Virus record (IMG/VR): IMGVR_UViG_3300044797_000101 | Location: 1 to 64,000 of that record | Source: a virus | Strand: one strand, 5' to 3' | DNA: 64,000 bases | In this document: positions 48,366 through 56,439 of the stretch, piece by piece | How positions within the stretch are numbered: position 1 is the stretch's first letter | Layout of the letters: each line of letters starts with the position of its first letter | Translations under genes and position numbers: made by a program | The notes under the pieces: generated by a model | Told to the model about the DNA's origin: nothing | The model's input: the letters and a program-made list of their open reading frames with translations, nothing else | Databases searched by the model: none

Positions 48366-48856
48366 TATTTAGACTTCTTTTCTTTCTCTTTACTCTTAGT
48401 TTCAAGGATACGAAGGTTATCTAGTTTCTTTTTCATATCGTCCCAGACTTCCCTAAAATTCTGTTCCCATTTAAACTCAAACGCTTTAGTATTAGCCCAA
48501 GCTTCGAAAGCATCCATATTTTTAATTATGGGAAAGATGCTTTGCCCAATAGCAAGTGTAATTGCGTTACCACGACGTCGTCCATTGAGACCTGCAAGCT
48601 TTAATTCATTGACACCGTAAACTCCATCGCTCTTAATACCAAAGTTATAATCGCACCAGAGTGTTGTGCCACCACCTAAGTCAAAGACGGCGTAGTCATT
48701 ACCATCATCAAATATGATCTTAAACTTAAACGGTGCATCTTGAAGATCAATCAGCTTAGCATACTCTTTACTATGGAATCTACGATGGTGCCACAAGAAT
48801 CCACCGAGGATTGTTGGAAATGTTACGAAAACTCCGTACAAAAAATGATGGCTCAT
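48365..48856 (-). CDS. Membrane-anchored hypothetical protein with DNLRILE tag
   Basis: N-terminal TM helix; KLDNLRILE. Confidence 0.6.
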   Translation of the reverse strand: MSHHFLYGVFVTFPTILGGFLWHHRRFHSKEYAKLIDLQDAPFKFKIIFDDGNDYAVFDLGGGTTLWCDYNFGIKSDGVYGVNELKLAGLNGRRRGNAITLAIGQSIFPIIKNMDAFEAWANTKAFEFKWEQNFREVWDDMKKKLDNLRILETKSKEKEKKSK

Positions 48857-49512
48857 TGGTTATCGCCTCTCTCTAATACTTCATTAACAAGCTTATCGGG
48901 GTAAATGATATCACGAACATCTTCACCCTTAACCTCGATAAAGTTGAAATTCTCTAATACCTTTGATGCAGCTGTCATACCAAATGTCTTCTCAAACGCT
49001 TGTGGATCAAGGTTGCTTGTGATAATCGTGATATGCTCATCCTCACGACGATGTGACATCAAGAGCGTAAGCTCACGTTTATCATTATGAGGGTTGCTAG
49101 AACAGAATGCAGGAGAAACATCATCAAGCAATAGAATTGGCACAGTCATTGCAAGCCTACGATCTGCAATAGCTTCATCTGTAAACTGGTTGCGACTGAT
49201 TAGGTATTCACCGAACTTAATCTGAGCGATAGGAAGAATGACAACCTTACCCTCTGAATCAAGACGCGGTTGATGCAGCTGCTGTAAGACATAATTAGCG
49301 ATACGAGACTTCCCATTTCCATTCACTGGGGAATAGATATACAGGTTATCTCCATCTTCTACAACGTCTGGATCTGCAAGGTATTTCGCTACCTTGGCTT
49401 GAATATCTTGAACGTTTGAGGCACCAAATAAATCTTTAATGTCCCAATCTCGATGGAGTTTAGGAATTGCAGTTCTTACAACGTGGCTCATTGTCTCGCT
49501 CCTCTTTCTCAA
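48853..49512 (-). CDS. DnaC/IstB-like AAA+ ATPase (helicase loader-like)
   Basis: Walker A NGNGKS, Walker B LLLDD, IITSNL. Confidence 0.75.
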   Translation of the reverse strand: MRKRSETMSHVVRTAIPKLHRDWDIKDLFGASNVQDIQAKVAKYLADPDVVEDGDNLYIYSPVNGNGKSRIANYVLQQLHQPRLDSEGKVVILPIAQIKFGEYLISRNQFTDEAIADRRLAMTVPILLLDDVSPAFCSSNPHNDKRELTLLMSHRREDEHITIITSNLDPQAFEKTFGMTAASKVLENFNFIEVKGEDVRDIIYPDKLVNEVLERGDNQ

Positions 49513-49807
49513 TCGATCTAATTTCTAATAATTCTAAATTCGTAAAGATACCACCATTTTTTCGTTTGTAATCTTGATATTGTGTTATCGCTGCAGACAA
49601 TGGTAAGATCTCTAAATGTGCGTCAGAATAATCGTAACAAGAACACCCAGACTCATACACTACGACATAACGTCCGTCGCTTAATTGAAAGACGTGCATC
49701 TCATCGACGCCATCTGAGTTAGGATTTGAAAAGCAACCAAGCTCCAACGTTGCTTTAGCACCGTCAACGTTACCAGCCCACTGATCATGCCAACAATCAA
49801 GCGACAT
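49460..49807 (-). CDS. Hypothetical protein with TNLELLE tag
   Basis: GCSCY motif; IFTNLELLE. Confidence 0.6.
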   Translation of the reverse strand: MSLDCWHDQWAGNVDGAKATLELGCFSNPNSDGVDEMHVFQLSDGRYVVVYESGCSCYDYSDAHLEILPLSAAITQYQDYKRKNGGIFTNLELLEIRSIEKEERDNEPRCKNCNS

Positions 49808-49988
49808 TCTTTTTCTCCAATGACTTCTTTTCTAAATACTCTAAATTACCAACATATGGATGCTTAAAAAAACTATTTTTTCTCTTATTCACACCAAACC
49901 TATAACACTCAGAACACCACACTGTCGTAGGATCATGATGCGCTACTGAGTGCTCTTCTCGTTTATGACCACAGGTAAAACAAATCAT
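49797..49988 (-). CDS. Zn-finger protein with GNLEYLE tag
   Basis: CFTCGHKREEH...CSEC...HPYVGNLEYLE. Confidence 0.7.
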   Translation of the reverse strand: MICFTCGHKREEHSVAHHDPTTVWCSECYRFGVNKRKNSFFKHPYVGNLEYLEKKSLEKKNVA

Positions 49989-50578
49989 TGCTTCTTAGCT
50001 TTCAGCTTTGCTTTCCATTCATCACGAAGCTTTTTACGGAATTCTTTATTTGACTTGTTCTTAGCCTTCTGAATCTCATTAAGGTCAAATTCAACCTCTT
50101 TGAATACCTTACTATCCTCATTCCACCAACTATAATTGTTCTTGACATCCCAATCCAAATTCGAAGGAACGTATCCATCTTTCTTAACCTTACGCATTAC
50201 GACTGGGGACAAGTTTTCATTGTGACCTGACTCAACCCAAGCATCATAGAGCTGCTGATACTTAGGATCATCAACGGTCCAATTAGCATAGAACTCATCA
50301 AAGTTGCACATAGGAAGTTTCCAGCGTTTAGCATACTTCCTTACTGCAGACCAAATAGAATGAGCATGACCTCTAAAGGCTAATGATTTCACTTTTTTGT
50401 TCCCCAAAATAATCTCTCTATTATCTTTATAATAATTTCGCTTATTTGACAAGCGTTTTTTTCTATTCTTCTTGTAATCTTTTCTACTCTGTTTGATGAT
50501 CTTCTTTTGATTATCCAAATAATATTGTCGCTTGTATTCTTTCCTACTCATTTCCATATGATTCTTTCCTTCTGCCAA
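49985..50578 (-). CDS. Basic protein with YY.DN.K repeats (HNH-associated N-terminus)
   Basis: Repeats like those preceding HNH domains; GYVPSNLDW resembles a degenerate HNH tail. Confidence 0.55.
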   Translation of the reverse strand: MAEGKNHMEMSRKEYKRQYYLDNQKKIIKQSRKDYKKNRKKRLSNKRNYYKDNREIILGNKKVKSLAFRGHAHSIWSAVRKYAKRWKLPMCNFDEFYANWTVDDPKYQQLYDAWVESGHNENLSPVVMRKVKKDGYVPSNLDWDVKNNYSWWNEDSKVFKEVEFDLNEIQKAKNKSNKEFRKKLRDEWKAKLKAKKQ

Positions 50579-50645
50579 ATGAAGAAGTATCTATTCTCTC
50601 TATAGATCTATATAATATAAGGGTCTAAAGATACTTCTTCATTTG
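50576..50645. repeat. Perfect 17 bp inverted repeat enclosing a 12 bp palindrome
   Basis: CAAATGAAGAAGTATCT (50576-50592) and AGATACTTCTTCATTTG (50629-50645); internal TATAGATCTATA at 50601-50612. Confidence 0.85.
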
Positions 50646-50648
50646 ACA

Positions 50649-50828
50649 CTAACTAAGTATTGTGCTTTCTACGGTGTCCCTGAAGCTCTCATGTATTAGG
50701 ATCGTATCACAGTCCAAACATAATTCGATCCCGTTATGAGGTTGCTTCGTTGGATTTGGGAAGCTGTAAAAGAATAATCGGTTTTCTAATTTAGCCTGCT
50801 TGAGTATTGCTAGGGTTTTCTCGTTCAT
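50649..50828 (-). CDS. 59 aa hypothetical protein
   Basis: Hand translation MNEKTLAILKQAKLENRLFFYSF...; fills the gap between neighbours. Confidence 0.45.
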   Translation of the reverse strand: MNEKTLAILKQAKLENRLFFYSFPNPTKQPHNGIELCLDCDTILIHESFRDTVESTILS

Positions 50829-51397
50829 ATTAGTCTTCCAACACTGTATTTAATTAAATGACAGTTCATGCAAACGACGTTGCATTTCTGAAGCTCAGTA
50901 AGTAAGGTTGATGTTTCGCCAAGGATCATCTTAGAGAGCGTTTTATGTCTCGAAGGTGTTTGCCTATAGGAAAACGTCATAGCCACTCTAGGAAATGATC
51001 CCTTACATTCTAGGCACGCTTGAGAGATAGCTTCAGTGACAATCTTCGTATTAATCTCACGAAGAGCATCCTCAACCTGTTTCTGTTCAATGCGACGCTT
51101 CGTGCGTTCCTTACGTGAAACAACCATCTCTAAATATTTTAGGCGATCACCCTTCTTGAGCATGTACATCTCAGTTGTCGATGTACCTTCAGGAATTTTA
51201 GATGAGACCTCATATTTCCCACGACCAGCAGGACGTAAGAATCCACCGATCAACATCATGCTACGATGACCATCAACGGTTCCAGGGGAAATACCTTTGA
51301 CCCTAGCAAATTGTTGAAGATCAGACCGTTTGATAACGTGTCCGATCTCGTGCTTATTTATAAAATCAACGACTTGTTTCCAATAGCTATCGCTCAT
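50825..51397 (-). CDS. wHTH-like N-terminus plus degenerate HNH-like C-terminus; internal DRLKYLE
   Basis: RPAGRGKY; CLEC...ELQKCNVVCMNCH. Confidence 0.6.
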   Translation of the reverse strand: MSDSYWKQVVDFINKHEIGHVIKRSDLQQFARVKGISPGTVDGHRSMMLIGGFLRPAGRGKYEVSSKIPEGTSTTEMYMLKKGDRLKYLEMVVSRKERTKRRIEQKQVEDALREINTKIVTEAISQACLECKGSFPRVAMTFSYRQTPSRHKTLSKMILGETSTLLTELQKCNVVCMNCHLIKYSVGRLI

Positions 51398-51593
51398 CGG
51401 CTTTCATCTCCAAGTACTTAAGATTATCCACTGGTGCATAACCTGGACACTTGCGACACGAGCATTCTCCAAAGCCTATCTTCTGATTGTCCATGCCAAA
51501 ATCCCTAACGTTAATATGGAACTTAGCATTATGCGGACAATAGCGACAAGGCTCTTCCGCTAAATACTTAGGATAATCATACCAGCGTTTCAT
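51387..51593 (-). CDS. Zn-finger protein with DNLKYLE tag
   Basis: CRYCPH...H...CRKCPGYAPVDNLKYLE. Confidence 0.72.
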   Translation of the reverse strand: MKRWYDYPKYLAEEPCRYCPHNAKFHINVRDFGMDNQKIGFGECSCRKCPGYAPVDNLKYLEMKADER

Positions 51594-51778
51594 TGATTTG
51601 TAAACCCCCCGTCTGAAAGTTTTTCAATAAATAAAAGATTATCAGGTCTAAAGACCTGACATGGACAAATGCTACCATTCTTCTCAACAAAGCCAGCACA
51701 CTGAAACAACCAATCACCATTAAAATTATGTATCTTTTGAGCATGCCCACACTTGCATGGGTACTCTCTACTTAACAT
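51590..51778 (-). CDS. Zn-finger protein with DNLLFIE tag
   Basis: CKCGH...H...CPCQVFRPDNLLFIE. Confidence 0.72.
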   Translation of the reverse strand: MLSREYPCKCGHAQKIHNFNGDWLFQCAGFVEKNGSICPCQVFRPDNLLFIEKLSDGGFTNQ

Positions 51779-51977
51779 TGTTTAACAACTCCAACGTCTT
51801 TAGGTTGTCTGGTTCAAAATTTGGGCACATGCAAATCTTTTCATTTGTAGTGGGATTTGGATAATCCTTATACTCAAAACAGATACGACCATTGATCCCA
51901 TATCCCTTGATAGCATCCTCAACGGTTGAGTGCATCTTGTTTCGATGACCACACTTACATATGAAGTTATCGTTCAC
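51768..51977 (-). CDS. Zn-finger protein with DNLKTLE tag
   Basis: Start reassigned to GTG 51977 (GGAG 7 nt upstream); CKCGH...CMCPNFEPDNLKTLE. Confidence 0.72.
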   Translation of the reverse strand: MNDNFICKCGHRNKMHSTVEDAIKGYGINGRICFEYKDYPNPTTNEKICMCPNFEPDNLKTLELLNNVK

Positions 51978-52125
51978 TCTGCATCTCCAGGTATCTAAGA
52001 TTGTCTTGCACATAATCATTACACCTGCAAATTGGTTTACCACAGAACTTAAATACGTTAGTTTCCTCCATAGCATGACATCCTCTCGGATGACCACAGC
52101 TACAGGGATAATCGTTATCTATCAT
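51967..52125 (-). CDS. 52 aa Zn-finger protein with DNLRYLE tag (not in ORF track)
   Basis: Hand translation MIDNDYPCSCGHPRGCH...CRCNDYVQDNLRYLEMQSER. Confidence 0.72.
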   Translation of the reverse strand: MIDNDYPCSCGHPRGCHAMEETNVFKFCGKPICRCNDYVQDNLRYLEMQSER

Positions 52126-52312
52126 TATTAAGCCTATCCTCTAAGTATCTTAGGTTGTCACCTTTAAATTTAGTACAAATGCTTGCAGCCACCATAAATC
52201 CATTCATGCTTGCGTAAAATCCTTTGTCAGCCCAACAGATTGCGCAATGAAGACCAATGATATGATCTTCGTAATTATGATTGCAGTTTTTGCACGGATA
52301 CAGTAGGTCCAA
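52115..52312 (-). CDS. Zn-finger protein with DNLRYLE tag
   Basis: CKNCNH...H...CAIC...CTKFKGDNLRYLE. Confidence 0.72.
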   Translation of the reverse strand: MDLLYPCKNCNHNYEDHIIGLHCAICWADKGFYASMNGFMVAASICTKFKGDNLRYLEDRLNNDR

Positions 52313-52457
52313 TTGCCTTCTCCAGTGTCAACAGATTGTCTGGTTTAAACTCATCACAAAGGCACATGAAGCATCCAGCATATTGCCACGCTATGCTCTC
52401 TTTAAAGTTATGATTGAACTCCTCGTGCGAGCACTTACAAATGCGTACGATCTGCAC
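52275..52457 (-). CDS. Zn-finger protein with DNLLTLE tag
   Basis: CKCSH...H...CFMCLCDEFKPDNLLTLE. Confidence 0.72.
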   Translation of the reverse strand: MQIVRICKCSHEEFNHNFKESIAWQYAGCFMCLCDEFKPDNLLTLEKAIGPTVSVQKLQS

Positions 52458-52596
52458 TTGAATACTCCAATGATTTGAGGTTGTTCATAAAGAACTTAGT
52501 GCAAGTACAAAAGCCACATTCTAATACTAGATCTTGTCTATAATAATGATGCATCCAATCAGGATGGTTGCAATCACACACTCTTGTTATTAACAC
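52435..52596 (-). CDS. 53 aa Zn-finger protein with NNLKSLE tag (not in ORF track)
   Basis: Hand translation MLITRVCDCNHPDWMH...CGFCTCTKFFMNNLKSLE. Confidence 0.68.
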   Translation of the reverse strand: MLITRVCDCNHPDWMHHYYRQDLVLECGFCTCTKFFMNNLKSLEYSSADRTHL

Positions 52597-52768
52597 TTAA
52601 TGCCTCAAGGTATTTAAGATTGTCTAATTTAAAATTATGAGAGGAAGCTTTAAATCGTAACGAGAATCGAGGATACTTACCAGCATTCCAACAGGCAAGA
52701 CAACCACTTGCTCCGTGGCGATCGTGTTCATGACCGCAAATACAGATATTAGATTCGGAGTGACTCAA
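52574..52768 (-). CDS. Zn-finger protein with DNLKYLE tag
   Basis: CICGHEHDRH...CLAC...HNFKLDNLKYLE. Confidence 0.72.
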   Translation of the reverse strand: MSHSESNICICGHEHDRHGASGCLACWNAGKYPRFSLRFKASSHNFKLDNLKYLEALSVNNKSV

Positions 52769-53189
52769 GGCTATTCACCATAGGAACACCGTAGCGTTTA
52801 CAAACAATATCTACGTTGCCCTTACGCCAAAAGCCATCAGGACAACAAACGGTGAGTTTACCTGATCGTGCATGAAGTCCCAATTCCATTAAGGATATTG
52901 GGGATTTTGTGGTAGGATCGAAATACATTACAATATTGGTGGCATCTTCCATAGCAGTTAGTTCCCAATCAACCTGCTGTCTAAATTGGGGATTCTCAAT
53001 AGTCTGCACCCAGCATGAATCCCAATCATCCCTACGAGGATTAAGGATCAATCCTTCTCTGTCCTCAAGCGCTTTAGATAGACGAGATTGCCAGTTGTCA
53101 GCCTTACCCATCTCTATTGAACCTGCAAGAAAGATGCGCTGCTGCTTCGGGATTAGCAGATAAGTATTAGGTGCTTTGATCTCAATCAT
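52749..53189 (-). CDS. Nucleoside 2-deoxyribosyltransferase-like protein
   Basis: IFLAGSI, NPRR, QVDWE, SPISLMELG, FWRKGNV. Confidence 0.85.
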   Translation of the reverse strand: MIEIKAPNTYLLIPKQQRIFLAGSIEMGKADNWQSRLSKALEDREGLILNPRRDDWDSCWVQTIENPQFRQQVDWELTAMEDATNIVMYFDPTTKSPISLMELGLHARSGKLTVCCPDGFWRKGNVDIVCKRYGVPMVNSLESLRI

Positions 53190-53300
53190 ATATTACCCAT
53201 TTATGACTTCCACAAACTTTACACGCACCTGATGAAGACGTTGGATCTTCAGAGACAGGATCAAATGGTATTTTCATTCCGCACTCTTTACAGAAGAATG

Positions 53301-53543
53301 TCATTTAAGCAAGCCAGCCTCACGAAGACGTTCGTCTTCTTTAAGCTTTGTAAGATCATCATGCTGAGCTGTAATAGCATCATCATGATCTCCAACCCAA
53401 GATTGAAGTGTAGCTAAAGCTGCTTCACCTTTTTCAATGCGTCCCACGAAATACCAAGCTTCTGTAACAGCCGTACTAGCTAACGTGCCAATCAGTGAGA
53501 TTAGAAACCAATACTTACTTATAAGCTTAAAGATCTTTTCCAT
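53301..53543 (-). CDS. Small membrane protein with coiled coil
   Basis: N-terminal hydrophobic helix. Confidence 0.55.
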   Translation of the reverse strand: MEKIFKLISKYWFLISLIGTLASTAVTEAWYFVGRIEKGEAALATLQSWVGDHDDAITAQHDDLTKLKEDERLREAGLLK

Positions 53544-54124
53544 TAAAAGAAATCTCCTGCATGATCTCCACCAAAGAACCCATCATCTTCCATATCCTCA
53601 TCTTCATAATCATAACGATCTGGATAGCTAACAACAGGAGCTGGATTCGATCCACCACGTTTAGTGTACTTACACTCTGGAAACTCAGAGCAACCAAGGA
53701 ATGTATTACCAGTTAAGCTATTAACTCGTTCTACTAGAAACCCACCATCTTTATCTTCTGGACATCTTTCAGCCCTATCACATTCTTGAATAGGTGGATC
53801 AATTTCATCGTGTGAAGGATCTCCACATGGACCATCTGAAATATCTACAACATCACATGAGTGATCGTAGACCTGAGGAGCAACAGGTTCTTCAACTGCC
53901 CTAAGTCTACGTGCATTCTCTAGATGATGAGACAAGATCTCAACTGAATCAGGCCAAGATCCATCAAGCACTGCTGCTTTATAACTAAGCTCTTCCTCTG
54001 CATTCCAACGGCTATCGAAGACGGACTCGAACCATTCACGATGCTCTAATGGAATTAGGGGAAGGACATGCTTAAATCGTTTATAATCGATACAGAATTT
54101 ACATTGACATGGTTTATCGCTCAT
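53543..54124 (-). CDS. Protein with topoisomerase-type C4 Zn ribbon
   Basis: CP...GFLVER....G.TFLGCSEFPECKYT. Confidence 0.7.
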   Translation of the reverse strand: MSDKPCQCKFCIDYKRFKHVLPLIPLEHREWFESVFDSRWNAEEELSYKAAVLDGSWPDSVEILSHHLENARRLRAVEEPVAPQVYDHSCDVVDISDGPCGDPSHDEIDPPIQECDRAERCPEDKDGGFLVERVNSLTGNTFLGCSEFPECKYTKRGGSNPAPVVSYPDRYDYEDEDMEDDGFFGGDHAGDFF

Positions 54125-55806
54125 TGGATTATCCCTTGTTTTCGTTGTTCAGTTAAGATATTAGCGTATTGCCAACCAAGCTTACTGAGTGCTGCGTCAA
54201 TGGCATGAAACGACGTATACAGCTCTAGCTTCATCGCTCGTTGCTTAAGAGCTGATAGATCATAGATAAGCTCATTAATAGCGAGGTTGCGAGCTGCTAA
54301 TGCTTTCTTTTCTTTAGCTGTCCACTTTTTCATTTGCTTATCGTTCTCCCAATTAACCAAGATCCACCAATAACTATGGCAAGCAGTGGAAACCACAATG
54401 TTTTTATCATCAGTAAAAAGGCTACCACGTAAAGTGTGAAGAAAGCTAAGCCCTTTAAAATGTATTTAAGATCTTTCATTGCGTGCCTTCTCTCTTGCAA
54501 GTTGAGTTGCTTTACGTACCCGTTCCTTCTCTTCTTCTAAAGCAAGTTCATGTAAGCAATTCTCAATTTGATTATAAACTATTCTTTGAGTCTCACCTGA
54601 AAAGTGCATTCCTTCATTAACTCTAAGATCATGTGCAACAAATCGTGAACCATCGTGTTCAAGGTAAAACCCATCCCACATATAAAGATGATATGCTGGA
54701 ATCTCTTCTACTATCACAGACTTGTATTCACCACTCAGCATCATCTTTGATACATCTATATTATATAACGCATATTCTCTAATAACAACAGAACTCTTTT
54801 CACCATTCTTATCTACTGTAATCAAATGAAGAGGTTTATAGGTATTCATTTATCAAACAGGATATGCAAGCCAACATACACTGCTCCTCCGATTAGTACT
54901 ACTGCAGCAATTGCTGTTGTGCTATCCATTAATCACGATCTAATGAGACCTTAAAAAAGGGAAAGCCATGAAGTGAATCAATCATCCAATGTCTATCACA
55001 GGGACAAACAGCTTCAAAGACAGTTGCACCGCTCACGATATCAATGAACAAGCTATGCAATATCTTCATTCGCCAATGAAAATTCATCCTACAAAGTAGT
55101 GGTGTTTTCATTTACCGATGTTCTTTGTTGCTTCTTTAATATATAACACCGTCATTTCATTGTAATCTTTAAGCAGCTTCATATAGCTCTCAAACCAATA
55201 ATCAGTATGTTTCTTATCCATATCCATCAATGGTTTGTACAAGCGTTCAATTTTAGATGATCCAAGTGCAATACCAATCAGCAACCCAATGTACAATCCA
55301 ACAAGAAGCCATATGAAGATAATCATCGCACGTATTCCTCAAAGCTTAACTTGCACTTGTGGCATTCATTTCGTAGGTAAGTATTCTTAAGGTATACGAA
55401 GTGATGGATACAAAATACCTCTCGGAAAAACTGCTTCCAGGTCTTAGTTACCTTGGGTTTACATGCTTCACAATCATAATTACTCATTAGTATCTCCTAC
55501 CTTATGTTCGTTGATCATTGTCCACTTGCCATCGATCTTCGTATATGTTTGAGCTGTCAATCCTAAAATAAACCTTGTGTTATCAGGTACACCGTTTTCT
55601 AAATCATAAGCATGGTTATAAGGTTTAAGATTAGCGACAAACTGGATCGCTTTCTTTTCATCATCAATCTCAACGAAGTGACTCTGACCTTGTGTCTCAA
55701 AGCAATGGAACGTAACATTGGGACTTCCGTGGATATTAGATCCGCACACAACTGGAGTGCGAATAGCTACAGTATACAAGATCGCATAGATGAATACAGG
55801 TGTCAT
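54121..55806 (-). other. Run of small hypothetical genes (54121-54396, 54466-54849, 54929-55111, 55108-55326, 55480-55806)
   Basis: Tightly packed, co-oriented ORFs without recognisable family motifs. Confidence 0.55.
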
Positions 55807-56327
55807 ATTAGTATCAAGGGTTGATGATACTCTGGATTGAAGTGTTTGATGATCTTAAAGGCATCCTGCATGTTTAACCCGATCCAGGAATCCGTTAGGT
55901 ATTGGTTGGCAAAATTCTTTTTATCCTCAAGATAGAAGATGGGATGATCATCGACAGCTATCCAAGCTTCTACATCTTTCTGATCTTCAAGCCACCACAT
56001 GATCTCCATGTTACGCGAACTAGAAAATTTACGAGGCGTAATACCAATGAGCCTTGAACTCGGAAGACGGAAGATCTTAAATAGCTCTTTAAACTGAGGA
56101 AGACTAAATTGAGCTCCCCAAGCTGAAGAGATAACGATCTTCAAATCTGGTACCTGCTTAAGGATATACCCGAGCACCCACATATTATTATAATTAACAC
56201 TCTGTTTCATATGAAATAGATCTGCATCACTTAACGTATCAGCAGCTGGTTTTTTCTTATCCATGATAGATAAGAAATGCTGTTTGCTGTTTAGTACGCC
56301 ATCAAAATCTAGGAATAATACTTTCAT
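55803..56327 (-). CDS. HAD-superfamily phosphatase (Swiss-Army-Knife RNA-repair type)
   Basis: FLDFDGVLN, IVISSAW, R..EI..WL, AVDD, T....GL. Confidence 0.85.
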   Translation of the reverse strand: MKVLFLDFDGVLNSKQHFLSIMDKKKPAADTLSDADLFHMKQSVNYNNMWVLGYILKQVPDLKIVISSAWGAQFSLPQFKELFKIFRLPSSRLIGITPRKFSSSRNMEIMWWLEDQKDVEAWIAVDDHPIFYLEDKKNFANQYLTDSWIGLNMQDAFKIIKHFNPEYHQPLILI

Positions 56328-56439
56328 TGGACCCTCGTCGTAGATTTGTAATTAGGATCGTCATACATCCTCATATTACAATCAATCAATGCAATTAAAC
56401 GATCAGGTGTGATAGCACATCCGTACGTCATAAATGTAA

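Noticed and set aside
51978-52097. N-terminal extension of track ORF 51768-52097
   Set aside because: It overlaps a separate tagged gene (51967-52125) in another frame; GTG 51977 has a good RBS.
3303-52768. DNLxYLE as a DNA repeat, CRISPR array or integron attC site
   Set aside because: The nucleotide sequence varies at synonymous positions, has no constant length, palindrome or regular spacing, and no cas or integrase gene is in the window.
51387-52768. Diversity-generating retroelement as the source of Zn-finger variation
   Set aside because: No reverse transcriptase and no near-identical template/variable repeat pair differing at adenines was seen.
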